The notes under the pieces were generated by a model. The model ran no database searches and had not been told where the DNA came from. It was given only the letters and a program-made list of their open reading frames with translations. Below are positions 27,679-37,298 of a stretch of 56,622 bases of DNA, piece after piece. The position numbers and the translations under genes were made by a program. Position 1 is the first letter of the stretch. Each line of letters begins with the position of its first letter. The DNA is taken from NCBI GenBank assembly GCA_964581295.1, contig CAZONX010000002.1, forward strand, positions 8,788-65,409, given 5' to 3'. The DNA comes from an uncultured Acidimicrobiaceae bacterium. GTDB lineage: Bacteria > Actinomycetota > Acidimicrobiia > Spongiisociales > UBA5794.

Positions 27679-27772
27679 AGGAAGAGCCTACGCCCGATCG
27701 CCCGACCGAGCCCTCAGGCCGTCGGTAGCCGGTAGTCGCCCAGCACGCGCCTCCTCCCGCTCTGCGCGTCTC

Positions 27773-27918
27773 CTCCCCATCAGGGGGAGTTGGCAGCGCC
27801 GCCAGGCGCTGACGGAGGGGGTCAAACAGATCCCGTCACGATCCCCGGCGCTTTGGCGCAGGTTCTTCCGTCCCCCAAACTGCGTTGGGGGGACGCGAAT
27901 CCGCTCCCGCGGATGCGC
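27773..27918. other. Cluster of four GC-rich hairpins in non-coding DNA (candidate structured RNA or REP-like cluster)
   Basis: The four stems are CTCCCC/GGGGAG (27773-27789), CAGCGCC/GGCGCTG (27794-27811), CGTCCCCCAA/TTGGGGGGACG (27869-27895) and GCGAATCCGC/GCGGATGCGC (27895-27918). GCGGATGCGC is repeated at 27933-27942. Confidence 0.45.
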
Positions 27919-27966
27919 AGGGGGGCTGTGTTGCGGATGCGCGGGGCTCGGGGACCGAGGAGTGTC

Positions 27967-28422
27967 CAGCAACAGGCGCTGTCCTCGGAGCTGCTCGAGT
28001 CGCTCGTCGCCGAGCTGTTCGGCTAAGCCGGCGACTGGTTCAACGGTGACGACGCCATCGGCAGCCTCGACGTGATCTGGAACAATGCCCTGAGCGACGG
28101 TCGCGCCATCAAGCCACGCATCGGACTTTTCAGCGTCATTGTCGACGCTACAGCCCTCGATGAGTCACTCCGCACGATGTGGCGCAGCACCGTCACCCAG
28201 TCCCGGATGGACGCGACCGCCGAAGCGATACGACGCGACCAGGTCGCCGGTGGGGTCCGGCCAAGCCTCGATCCCGATGCCACCGCACTCGCCCTCACGC
28301 TGATGAGTGAACAGTTCGCCCTGGAGGTACTCGGACGCCAGGAGGCCGAACCCGAACAATGCGCCGCGATTCTTACGCCCATCTGGGACGCCGTTCTCTT
28401 CGGTGTCGACAACTCCGGTTGA
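27967..28422 (+). pseudogene. TetR-family regulator remnant (ligand-binding C-terminal domain only, in-frame TAA at 28024-28026)
   Basis: The frame-1 product ...DPDATALALTLMSEQFALEVLG...ILTPIWDAVLFG looks like a TetR C-terminal domain. No HTH is encoded in any upstream frame, and the same frame is interrupted by a stop. Confidence 0.5.
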
Positions 28423-28654
28423 GCCGAGAGACAACTATTCCACCCACTCGAGCCGACTTGCGAGAGAGCGCCACATCCTCTGAGCCAGAGCGGGCGAATC
28501 AGGACCGCGGGCCCTCTGCCCATGTCGGCGAACATGGGTGGATCGAGGGCGCATTTGGAGTGGCGAGGCTTGGTCAATCGGGTTGTCGTCATGGGGCAGT
28601 GTGAGCCGTCAGCGTTGCCGGTAGATTGCGCTTCAAGCAACGGACGGGGACTCC

Positions 28655-29686
28655 ATGGAACTCAGATCACTCGGGAGCAGCGGCACGTCGGTGAGTGCGC
28701 TCGGTCTCGGCACGATGACATTCGGGAGCGAGACCGACGAGGCGGGAGCGCACACCCAACTGGACATGTTTCTGGAAGCCGGCGGCACCTTCGTCGATAC
28801 CGCCGACGTCTACGGACGCGGCGCGTCGGAGGAGATCATCGGTTCGTGGCTGAAGTCCTCCCAGCTGCGCGAGTCGATCGTTCTGACGACCAAGGGCCGA
28901 TTCCCGATGAGCGACAATCCGCTCGGCCAAGGTGCGAGCAGGCGATATCTCCTCTCCGCGATCGACGCGAGCCTCGGTCGCCTCGGTGTGGACTTCGTCG
29001 ATCTCTATCAGGTGCATGGCTGGGACCCGGCCACACCGCTGGCGGAGACGCTCGGAGCGCTCGAGACCATGGTGGAATCCGGCCGGACTCGGCACGTCGG
29101 GTGGTCGAACGTCACCGCGTGGCAGATGCAGCGAGTCGTTGATCTGTGTGAGCGGGACGGTCTCAGCCCGCCGATCACTCTCCAGCCCCAGTACAACCTG
29201 CTCGACCGCACGATCGAGCTCGATGTCATGCCGATGTGCCTTGCGAACGGTGTTGGCCTCCTTCCGTGGTCGCCGCTTGGAGGGGGATGGCTGTCTGGGA
29301 AGTACCGGGCCGACGAACGTCCTGCGGGGGCCACTCGACTGGGAGAAGACCCCAACCGTGGCGTGGAGGCGTACGACGCGCGAAACGTTGACGCAACCTG
29401 GAGCATCCTGGGAGTCGTCGAAGAGATCGCAGCGGATCGAAACGTCTCGATGGCCCAGGTGGCTCTGGCGTGGGTCCGCGACCGACCTACCGTTTCCTCG
29501 GTGCTGATCGGTGCGCGTACCGTTGATCAACTCGGTGACAACCTCGCAAGCTCCGATGTCGTCCTCTCGGATGCCGAATACGCTCGCCTCACCGAGGTAT
29601 CGGCACCCGGCCTCCCTCCCTACCCCTACGGGATGATCAGGAAGGCGTGTGGAGAGACGATCTGGGACGACCTCGGAACCACATAG
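28655..29686 (+). CDS. Aldo/keto reductase
   Basis: MELRSLGSSGTSVSALGLGTMTFG ... FVDTADVYG ... DLYQVHGWD are classical AKR motifs. Confidence 0.92.
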   Translation: MELRSLGSSGTSVSALGLGTMTFGSETDEAGAHTQLDMFLEAGGTFVDTADVYGRGASEEIIGSWLKSSQLRESIVLTTKGRFPMSDNPLGQGASRRYLLSAIDASLGRLGVDFVDLYQVHGWDPATPLAETLGALETMVESGRTRHVGWSNVTAWQMQRVVDLCERDGLSPPITLQPQYNLLDRTIELDVMPMCLANGVGLLPWSPLGGGWLSGKYRADERPAGATRLGEDPNRGVEAYDARNVDATWSILGVVEEIAADRNVSMAQVALAWVRDRPTVSSVLIGARTVDQLGDNLASSDVVLSDAEYARLTEVSAPGLPPYPYGMIRKACGETIWDDLGTT

Positions 29687-29758
29687 GCGAGCCCGGTGCG
29701 CCACACGTGGCCGGCCCTTGGTGGGCGGAGTGTGGCGGTGTCTGTCAGAATCTCGGGT

Positions 29759-30505
29759 ATGGATGTCGACGCGTATCTGGCACGGATTGGTATCGAGAGC
29801 GCCGTCGATCGGTCGGTCGAGGGGTTGGAGCGACTCCAGCGAGCGCATCTGACGTGGGTTCCGTTCGAGAACCTCGATGTGTTCCGTCGTCGAGGCGTCG
29901 GCACAGGAACGGATTGGTCGGTGCCGAAGATCGTCCTCCGAGGTCGCGGTGGATGGTGCTACGAGGTCAACGGATCATTCGCCGCGCTGCTCACCGGTCT
30001 CGGGTTCTCCGTGAAGTGGCTGGGAGCGACGGTGATGTTCTCTGGGATTTCGCCGGCGCCGGACCACCTGACGATCGAAGTGACGCTGGATCGGCAGTAC
30101 CTCGTCGATGTCGGGTTCGGAGACTCGTTCATCCGTCCCCTGCCGCTCGATAATGAGCGTCCCTATGACGGGGGTACCGGCATGTATCGATTCGAGTTCG
30201 ACGGCGACACGACAACGCTCATCTTCGACGGGCCCGATGGGCCCGAGCCGCAATACCGGTTCGGAGCACACTCGTTCACAGCCGAGGACTTCGATGCGCC
30301 GTCACATCGGCTCCAAACGGAACCAGACGCCAAGTGGACCCAGAGCCCCTTCGCCACCCGCCTCCTCGACGGCGGACCCGATCGGGTGACCCTCCTCAAC
30401 GACCACATCAGGTTCCGCCGGGGCGGCGAATGGACCGAACAACCAGTTTCCGCCGGTGACGAGTGGGCGGCGACGCTCTCCGAGTGGTTCAACATGACCC
30501 CCTGA
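29759..30505 (+). CDS. Arylamine N-acetyltransferase
   Basis: MDVDAYLARIG ... LQRAHLTWVPFENLDV ... RGGWCYEVNG (active-site Cys). Start taken at internal ATG 29759. Confidence 0.88.
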   Translation: MDVDAYLARIGIESAVDRSVEGLERLQRAHLTWVPFENLDVFRRRGVGTGTDWSVPKIVLRGRGGWCYEVNGSFAALLTGLGFSVKWLGATVMFSGISPAPDHLTIEVTLDRQYLVDVGFGDSFIRPLPLDNERPYDGGTGMYRFEFDGDTTTLIFDGPDGPEPQYRFGAHSFTAEDFDAPSHRLQTEPDAKWTQSPFATRLLDGGPDRVTLLNDHIRFRRGGEWTEQPVSAGDEWAATLSEWFNMTP

Positions 30506-30600
30506 AACCGCAGCACTCAAAGGCGGCAGCGAGTTCGCTGTGCTGCTGCCCATGGGGCCCTGGACGCGAGCGGTGCCCGATTGTGAACGGGCCGCTTCTT

Positions 30601-30617
30601 GACTGGCGACCGGCGAC
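30601..30617. repeat. Family B fragment (GACTGGCGAC CGGCGAC)
   Basis: The 10-mer GACTGGCGAC is identical to 20948-20957 and is the reverse complement of 4605-4614. Lies in the convergent gap between the NAT gene and icmF. Confidence 0.55.
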
Positions 30618-30621
30618 GCAA

Positions 30622-33600
30622 TCACATATTCCGGCGGTAGCGTCCTCCGACGTCGTAGAGGGCGTGCGATATCTGGCCGATGGTGCAGAGCTTGGCGGCA
30701 TCCATCAGGGCATCGAACGTGTTGTCGCCCCGGATCGCGGTCTGCTGCAGGCGGGCAAGCGCCGCGGACGATGCCTCCGGATTGCGCTTGCGCACCGCGC
30801 GGGCCGCATCGATCTGGCGTTGCTTGTCTGCGACTGTCGAACGAATCACCGTGTCGGGAACCACGAAGGGCGAGCCGTCGCGCGACAGGAACGTATTGAC
30901 GCCGACGATCGGAAGCTCGCCGCTCGACTTCAGCCGCTCGTAGACCAGCGACTCCTCCTGGATCTTGGACCGCTGGTACATCCGTTCCATCGCCCCGAGC
31001 ACGCCGCCGCGGTCGGTGAGGCGATCGAACTCGGCGAGGACCGCCTCCTCGACGATATCGGTGAGTTCCTCGATGATGAACGACCCTTGCAGTGGGTTCT
31101 CATTTCGAGCGAGGCCGAGCTCCCGATTGATAATGAGCTGGATCGCCAGGGCTCTCCGGACCGACTCCTCGGTCGGGGTGGTGATCGCCTCGTCATAGGC
31201 ATTGGTGTGCAGCGAATTGCAATTGTCGTAGACCGCGTAGAGCGCCTGAAGGGTCGTGCGGATGTCGTTGAAGCCGATCTCCTGGGCGTGGAGCGAGCGC
31301 CCGGAGGTCTGCACGTGGTACTTCAGCTTCTGCGAGCGCTCCGCCGCCCCGTATCGGTCGCGCATCGCCTTGGCCCAGATCCGGCGTGCCACGCGCCCGA
31401 CCACGGAGTATTCGGCGTCGATGCCGTTCGAGAAGAAGAACGAGAGATGCGGGGCGAATGTGTCGATCGCCATCCCCCGAGCCAAGAAGTACTCGACGAA
31501 CGTGAACCCATTGGCCAGCGTGAACGCAAGCTGGGTGATGGGGTTCGCCCCGGCCTCGGCCATGTGGTACCCGGATACCGACACCGAGTAGAAGTTGCCG
31601 ACAGCGTGGTCGATGAAGTACTGCTGAATGTCACCCTGCATGCGCAGCGCAAACTCGGTCGAGAAGATGCAGGTGTTCTGGGCCTGGTCCTCTTTGAGGA
31701 TGTCGGCCTGGATCGTCCCGCGGACGCGCGAAAGCGTGTCGGCCTTGATCCGTTGACAGGTCTCGGCCGGGAGCACCTCGTCGCCGGTGATCCCAAGCAG
31801 CATGAGTCCAAGCCCGTCGTTGCCCGCAGGCAGGTCTCCCTCATACGTCGGCCGTGGCAGCCCTCGCCGGTCGAATCGTTCGACGAGGATCTGCTCCACG
31901 TCGCCTTCGAGTCCGTGCTGCGTGATGTAGCGCTCGCACTGCTGATCGACCGCTGCGTTCAGGAAGAATCCCAGCATCATCGGTGCAGGGCCATTGATCG
32001 TCATCGACACGGACGTCGACGGGTCGAGGAGGTCGAATCCCGAGTAGAGCTTCTTGGCGTCATCGAGTGACGCCACCGACACACCCGAGTTGCCGATCTT
32101 GCCGTAGATGTCCGGGCGTTCGTCCGGGTCCTCTCCGTAGAGGGTCACGGAGTCGAACGCGGTGGAGAGTCGGATTGCCGGCATGTCGCGAGAGACGTAG
32201 TGGAACCTGCGGTTGGTCTGCTCCGGCCCGCCCTCCCCTGCGAACATTCGCGTCGGATCCTCGGCGGCGCGCTTGAATGGGAAGACGCCGGCTGTGAACG
32301 GGAAGCTGCCTGGGAGATTCTCCTGGAGCCCCCAGCGCACGCGGTCGCCCCACCCGGTGAAGCGAGGCAGGGCAACCTTCGGGATTCGCGTACCGGAGAG
32401 CGTCGTTGTCGCGGCCTCGACCTCGATGTCCCGTCCGCGCACCGCGTACGTCACGGAATCGGCCGAGTACACCTTTTCGAGGGAATCCCACTCGTCGAGG
32501 ACGCTCGCGGCGAACGGATCGAGCGCCGCTTTCGCCCGGCCGGCAGCCAGATCGAGCGCGTCGTCACCACAGCGTTGGGCCACCACGGTGAATGCCTGTG
32601 CATCGGTGGCAAGGAATGCCTGCTCGACAACCCCATCGTTGTAGGTTCGGATCACGTCGGCGATCTCCGAGAGATATCGCACACGATCGCGCGGGATCAC
32701 CGGATCTTCACCGCCGTGATCAATTCGGAGATCGATGGTTGAGGCGAAGCCGCCGCTGCTGTGCCCGTCGATTGCCCGCATCAGGGCTCGGTAGAAGCGG
32801 TTCGTACCGGCGTCGTTGAAGTGGGATGCGACGGTGGAGTAGACCGGGAGGTCATCGTCGAGAATCTCGAATGCCTTGTGGTTTCTTCGGTACTGCTTTC
32901 GCACGTCGCGAACTGCGTCGTCGGCGCCGCGGCGGTCGCTCTTGTTCACCACCACGAGGTCGGCGTAGTCGAGCATGTCGACCTTCTCGAGCTGGCTTGC
33001 GGCGCCGTACTCGGGGGTCATCACGTAGAGGGCCACGTCGGCGTGGTCGACGATTTCGGTGTCGGCCTGACCGATGCCAGACGTTTCGAGGATCACGAGG
33101 TCGTATCCCGCAATCTTGACGAGATCCACGGCCGCCGCCACGTGCGGAGACAGAGCGAGGTTCGCCTGTCGAGTGGCGAGCGAACGCATGAAGACCCGCG
33201 GATTGGTGGCGGAGTTCATCCGGATCCGGTCGCCGAGCAGCGCCCCGCCTGAGCGACGGCGCGATGGGTCCACCGAAACGATGCCGATTGTCCGGTCTGG
33301 GAAGTCGGAGAGGTAGCGCACGACGATCTCGTCGATAAGCGAGGACTTGCCCGCGCCACCTGTCCCGGTGATGCCCACGACCGGCGTGGTCAGCAACGTC
33401 GCTGCGGAGCGAGCAGCGGTGGCGATGGCGCCGTCGGTCTCCTGTTCGGCAAGCGAGATCATCCGGCCAACAAGGGCGGGCGTGTTCGTGGCGAGGTCGG
33501 CGATCTCGGGAGCGCCAATCTCGGCCACCGAGAAGTCCGCCCGCGCCAACAGATCGTCGATCATGCCCTGAAGCCCGAGCTTGCGCCCGTCGTCCGGCGT

Positions 33601-34005
33601 GTAGATCCGCTCGATGCCGGTCCGTTCGAGCTCGGCGGCTTCGTCGGGAAGGATCGTCCCCCCGCCACCACCGAAGATCTTCACATGGGGGGCGCCGGCC
33701 TCATCGAGGAGCCGGCGGACATAGCCGAAGAACTCCATGTGTCCGCCTTGATAGGACGTGATGGCGACCGCCTGGGCGTCCTCTTCGATGGCTGCGGAGG
33801 CGATGTCGGCGGCCGATCGGTCGTGGCCGAGATGGATGATCTCGGCGCCGGTCGACTGCAAGATGCGCCGCATGATGTTGATCGCGGCGTCATGACCATC
33901 GAACAACGACGTGGCGGTAACGATGCGAACATGATGACGCGGTTCGTACGGCACGACCCCAGGATACGTCCCGGATCCCGTCCCAGCATCGATCTCTCCG
34001 ATCAA
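30622..34005 (-). CDS. icmF: Fused isobutyryl-CoA mutase (B12-binding domain + MeaB-like GTPase + mutase catalytic domain)
   Basis: 1127 aa with an N-terminal B12 domain ([12 protein letters not shown]), a P-loop [12 protein letters not shown], and a C-terminal acyl-CoA mutase TIM-barrel region. Confidence 0.93.
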   Translation of the reverse strand: MIGEIDAGTGSGTYPGVVPYEPRHHVRIVTATSLFDGHDAAINIMRRILQSTGAEIIHLGHDRSAADIASAAIEEDAQAVAITSYQGGHMEFFGYVRRLLDEAGAPHVKIFGGGGGTILPDEAAELERTGIERIYTPDDGRKLGLQGMIDDLLARADFSVAEIGAPEIADLATNTPALVGRMISLAEQETDGAIATAARSAATLLTTPVVGITGTGGAGKSSLIDEIVVRYLSDFPDRTIGIVSVDPSRRRSGGALLGDRIRMNSATNPRVFMRSLATRQANLALSPHVAAAVDLVKIAGYDLVILETSGIGQADTEIVDHADVALYVMTPEYGAASQLEKVDMLDYADLVVVNKSDRRGADDAVRDVRKQYRRNHKAFEILDDDLPVYSTVASHFNDAGTNRFYRALMRAIDGHSSGGFASTIDLRIDHGGEDPVIPRDRVRYLSEIADVIRTYNDGVVEQAFLATDAQAFTVVAQRCGDDALDLAAGRAKAALDPFAASVLDEWDSLEKVYSADSVTYAVRGRDIEVEAATTTLSGTRIPKVALPRFTGWGDRVRWGLQENLPGSFPFTAGVFPFKRAAEDPTRMFAGEGGPEQTNRRFHYVSRDMPAIRLSTAFDSVTLYGEDPDERPDIYGKIGNSGVSVASLDDAKKLYSGFDLLDPSTSVSMTINGPAPMMLGFFLNAAVDQQCERYITQHGLEGDVEQILVERFDRRGLPRPTYEGDLPAGNDGLGLMLLGITGDEVLPAETCQRIKADTLSRVRGTIQADILKEDQAQNTCIFSTEFALRMQGDIQQYFIDHAVGNFYSVSVSGYHMAEAGANPITQLAFTLANGFTFVEYFLARGMAIDTFAPHLSFFFSNGIDAEYSVVGRVARRIWAKAMRDRYGAAERSQKLKYHVQTSGRSLHAQEIGFNDIRTTLQALYAVYDNCNSLHTNAYDEAITTPTEESVRRALAIQLIINRELGLARNENPLQGSFIIEELTDIVEEAVLAEFDRLTDRGGVLGAMERMYQRSKIQEESLVYERLKSSGELPIVGVNTFLSRDGSPFVVPDTVIRSTVADKQRQIDAARAVRKRNPEASSAALARLQQTAIRGDNTFDALMDAAKLCTIGQISHALYDVGGRYRRNM

Positions 34006-34053
34006 TGCGGGATCGCGGCGTTGCCTGCGACCGACATCAGGCCAACGAATCGG

Positions 34054-34563
34054 TCAGGGTGATTCGAGGAGACCGGCCGGCGCGGTGAGCACCACTAGGC
34101 GTGCTTCGAGGTCAATGGTCGGAACGATGGCATCGACGAACGGCACTTCGAAGCGTCCATCATCGGTGCGCACGGCCAGGCGGTCCTGTGCTGCGCCGAA
34201 CTCAACCGCTTCGACCACGCCGATTGCTGTACCGGCCTCGTCCACCACGGCGCACCCGACGAGTTCGTCTGGCCAGAATTCGTCATCATCGAGGTCACGC
34301 CGCTCGTCGCTCTCGATCGTGAACGAGGTCCCTCTCAGGACTTCCGATGCAGAGCGATCGTTGACGTCCGCGAATTGCACAAGAAGATCATCACGGTAGG
34401 GCGCAGCATCGACGACCGTGTAGGGCCTCGGAGGCTCGTGGTCGCTGAGCAACACGGCACCCGGCGTCCAACGATTCGCGGGATCGTCCGTGAGCGGTCG
34501 GACCACAACGGCACCATTGATCCCATGGGCCCTTCGCACATAGCCGACAAGGATTCGGTCCAC
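34054..34563 (-). CDS. rimM: 16S rRNA processing protein RimM
   Basis: GTG 34563 (VDRILVGYVRRAHGINGAVVV) lies one nt after the KH-protein stop. PRC-barrel C-terminus. Confidence 0.88.
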   Translation of the reverse strand: MDRILVGYVRRAHGINGAVVVRPLTDDPANRWTPGAVLLSDHEPPRPYTVVDAAPYRDDLLVQFADVNDRSASEVLRGTSFTIESDERRDLDDDEFWPDELVGCAVVDEAGTAIGVVEAVEFGAAQDRLAVRTDDGRFEVPFVDAIVPTIDLEARLVVLTAPAGLLESP

Positions 34564-34564
34564 G

Positions 34565-34816
34565 TCAGTCGAGGAAATCGACCTCAACCGAGACTCCTTC
34601 TTCGTCGCCGGCGACGGAGGCAACCGAGCGAATGGCCCGAGCAACGCGGCCACGGCGGCCGATCACACGGCCCATGTCGGACTTCGCCGTGCGCACCTCG
34701 GCAACGATGGCCTCATCGCCATCGGCGACGATCTCAACCTTGATCGAATCCGCGTCATCCACGATCTGGCTGACAACGTAGGTGACGACTTTTTCGACGA
34801 TGGCGCCCTGGCTCAT
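34565..34816 (-). CDS. KH-domain RNA-binding protein (YlqC/Rv2908c-like)
   Basis: 83 aa with a VIGRRGRVARAIRSV GxxG loop. ATGA overlap with the rpsP stop. Confidence 0.85.
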   Translation of the reverse strand: MSQGAIVEKVVTYVVSQIVDDADSIKVEIVADGDEAIVAEVRTAKSDMGRVIGRRGRVARAIRSVASVAGDEEGVSVEVDFLD

Positions 34817-35283
34817 GATTCGTCCGTTTCGCTAGCGTCGGCGTCTGCGGCCGTTTCTTCTGCCGCTTCATCAGCGACTGCCTCGACCTCGTCCTGGATC
34901 TCGTCCAACAGAACGGGAGCCGACGCGGTCTCTTCCTGGATCTCGTCGAGCATCACCGGAGCAGCATCGGCCTTCGGCTTCGCAGCGGCGGCCGGCGTGT
35001 CGTCAACGATATGCACTTCACCCCGTGCGACCTTGTACTCGGTCCACGCGCCGGAAATCTCGAGCAGCTTCTTGGCGCGATCCGTGGGCTGTGCGCCCTT
35101 CTGGAGCCAATCAACGGCACGAGCGTTATCGATCTCGATCAGCGACGGCTCCTGGCGGGGTTCATACCGGCCGATCTGCTCGATGTACTTGCCATCGCGC
35201 TGCTTGCGTGAGTCCATCACCACGACGCGATACGAGGGCTGCTTCTTCTTACCCATCCGCGTCAGGCGGATCTTCACCGGCAT
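34813..35283 (-). CDS. rpsP: 30S ribosomal protein S16 with acidic C-terminal tail
   Basis: MPVKIRLTRMGKKKQPSYRVVV N-terminus. The S16 core ends near aa 90 and the tail reaches aa 156. Confidence 0.95.
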   Translation of the reverse strand: MPVKIRLTRMGKKKQPSYRVVVMDSRKQRDGKYIEQIGRYEPRQEPSLIEIDNARAVDWLQKGAQPTDRAKKLLEISGAWTEYKVARGEVHIVDDTPAAAAKPKADAAPVMLDEIQEETASAPVLLDEIQDEVEAVADEAAEETAADADASETDES

Positions 35284-35285
35284 GT

Positions 35286-36626
35286 CTACCTCTTCTTCTT
35301 GCGGCCCATCGCCGGCATCGGAAGCCCAGGAATGGGACTCTTTCCTCCGGCGAACGCCTTCATCATCTTCTGTGTCTCGGAGAATTGCTTGAGCAGCACA
35401 TTGACGTCCTGCGGTCGCGTCCCCGAACCCGTTGCGATGCGGCGCTTGCGACTCCCATTGATGATCTTGGGATCCCGACGCTCCGCTGGGGTCATCGACC
35501 GGATGATGGCCTCGACGCGTCCGAGTTGACGGTCGTCGATCTCGACGTCGCGCAGTGCCGATCCGGCGCCTGGGAGCATACCAACCAGCTGCTGCAATGG
35601 CCCCATCTTCTTGATCTGTTGGAACTGATCGAGGAAGTCCTCGAGGTTGAACGAGGCATTGAGCATCTTCGCAGCGGCCGCCTCGGCCTCCTGCTCGTCG
35701 TAGATCTCCTCGGCCTTCTCGATCAGCGAGAGCACGTCCCCCATGCCCAGAATCCGCGACGCCATCCGCTCGGGATAGAAGACATCGAGTTCGTCGATGC
35801 CCTCGCCGATACCGACGAACTTGATCGGTTGGCCGGTCACCTCGCGAGCGGAGATGGCGGCGCCACCTCGAGCGTCACCGTCGAGCTTCGTGAGCACGAG
35901 GCCGGTCAGGTCGGTGTACTCGAGGAATCCGTTTGCGACGTTGACGGCCTCCTGGCCGGTCATCGCGTCGAGCACCAACAGCACTTCGTCGGGCGTCGAT
36001 GCCTTCCGAACGGCTGCGAGCTCCTTCATCAAGGGTTGGTCGACCTGGAGCCGACCCGCGGTATCGATGATCACGACGTTGGCGCCGTCGGCTCGTGCCT
36101 GCTTGAGCGCGGCCTTCACCAGGCGCGGGGTCTTGGTCTTCCGGTCGACGTAGACCGGCACGCCGATGCGCCGTCCGAGCGACTCGAGCTGGTCGATGGC
36201 CGCTGGACGCTGCAGATCGGCAGCGACGAGCAGGGGCCGTTTCCCCTTGCCCTTCAGGTGTTTCGCGAGCTTGGCGGCAGTGGTGGTCTTTCCCGAGCCT
36301 TGGAGTCCGACCATGAGGATCACGAGGGGCGGAGCGGCAGGACGCGCAAGCGGCACTTCCTCGTCGCCCAACGTGACGATCAGCTCCTCGTGGACGATCT
36401 TGATGACCTGTTGACCGGGAGTGAGGCTCTTCGTCACCTCGGCCCCAACCGCGCGTTCCTTGACCCGTGCCAGCATCGACTTGACCACCGTGAGGTTCAC
36501 GTCGGCCTCGAGGAGGGCGATGCGGACCTCGCGAAGGGCGTCGTTGACGTCGGAGTCGGAGAGCCGGCCCTTCCCACGCAACCGCGAGAAGGTGTCGTTG
36601 AGGCGACCGGAGAGAGAATCGAACAT
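35286..36626 (-). CDS. ffh: Signal recognition particle protein Ffh
   Basis: MFDSLSGRLNDTFSRLRGKG, NG domain GLQGSGKTTTAAKLA, and a Met-rich M domain. Confidence 0.97.
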   Translation of the reverse strand: MFDSLSGRLNDTFSRLRGKGRLSDSDVNDALREVRIALLEADVNLTVVKSMLARVKERAVGAEVTKSLTPGQQVIKIVHEELIVTLGDEEVPLARPAAPPLVILMVGLQGSGKTTTAAKLAKHLKGKGKRPLLVAADLQRPAAIDQLESLGRRIGVPVYVDRKTKTPRLVKAALKQARADGANVVIIDTAGRLQVDQPLMKELAAVRKASTPDEVLLVLDAMTGQEAVNVANGFLEYTDLTGLVLTKLDGDARGGAAISAREVTGQPIKFVGIGEGIDELDVFYPERMASRILGMGDVLSLIEKAEEIYDEQEAEAAAAKMLNASFNLEDFLDQFQQIKKMGPLQQLVGMLPGAGSALRDVEIDDRQLGRVEAIIRSMTPAERRDPKIINGSRKRRIATGSGTRPQDVNVLLKQFSETQKMMKAFAGGKSPIPGLPMPAMGRKKKR

Positions 36627-36680
36627 CGTTCGATGAGTCTACGGCTCGCCGCGGGACACATGATCTGCGAGACTCAGAGC

Positions 36681-37298
36681 ATGAATCTCACAGTGATCGA
36701 CCATCCCCTCGCCCGACACTATCTCACGGTTCTTCGCGACAGTTCGACGACGCCCGAGGCGTTCCGGGCCGCAGCGCGGGGGTTGACGTACTCGCTGATC
36801 CTCGAGGCAACCAAGCGGCTTCCGCTGGCCGAGATCGAGGTGCAGACCCCGATGGAGAAGACGGTGGGCTACCACATCCACGACGTCGTAGCCGTTGCGG
36901 TGCTTCGTGCGGGACTTGGCATGCTCGACGCAGTGCTCGACATGATCCCGGGGTGCAAGGTCGGTTTCGCCGGCGTGCAACGCGACGAGGAGACGGCTCT
37001 CCCGCAGGAGTACTACGCCCGCCTCCCAGACCTCTCCGACGCATCGGTGTTCATCCTCGAGCCGATGCTTGCGACCGGGGGATCGTTGTCGTGGGCTGTC
37101 GACAAGGTGAAGTCGTCCGGCGCTCGAGACATCACGGCGTTGTGCGTGGTCACCGCACCGGACGGTGTTCGCCGCATGTACGACGATCATCCGGATGTGC
37201 ATGTGATCGCGGCGGCGCACGATCGTGAACTCAACGACCGCGCCTACATCGTCCCGGGTCTTGGCGACATGGGGGATCGACTCTTCGGGACGCTGTGA
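36681..37298 (+). CDS. upp: Uracil phosphoribosyltransferase
   Basis: ATG 36681 (MNLTVIDHPLARHYLTVLRD). PRPP-binding loop ILEPMLATGGS. This is only the last 205 aa of the 757-aa ORF-track ORF. Confidence 0.95.
   Translation: MNLTVIDHPLARHYLTVLRDSSTTPEAFRAAARGLTYSLILEATKRLPLAEIEVQTPMEKTVGYHIHDVVAVAVLRAGLGMLDAVLDMIPGCKVGFAGVQRDEETALPQEYYARLPDLSDASVFILEPMLATGGSLSWAVDKVKSSGARDITALCVVTAPDGVRRMYDDHPDVHVIAAAHDRELNDRAYIVPGLGDMGDRLFGTL

Noticed and set aside
27688-28026. ORFs 27688-27972 (minus strand) and 27790-28026 (plus strand), considered as a precursor peptide or small gene partnering the ATP-grasp enzyme.
   Set aside because: Their composition is Arg/Pro/Gly-rich. There is no Thr/Ser plus Asp/Glu core such as graspetide precursors have, no SD, and the DNA is dominated by hairpins. 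Non-coding is the better reading.
34006-34053. Cobalamin riboswitch upstream of the B12-dependent icmF.
   Set aside because: The gap to rimM is only 48 nt, far too short for a B12 riboswitch, and no B12-box-like sequence is seen.
35025-36680. The upstream 552 codons of the 757-aa plus-strand ORF that ends as upp.
   Set aside because: This part is antisense to ffh and rpsP, and its sequence has no family resemblance. Upp begins cleanly at ATG 36681 (MNLTVIDHPLA).
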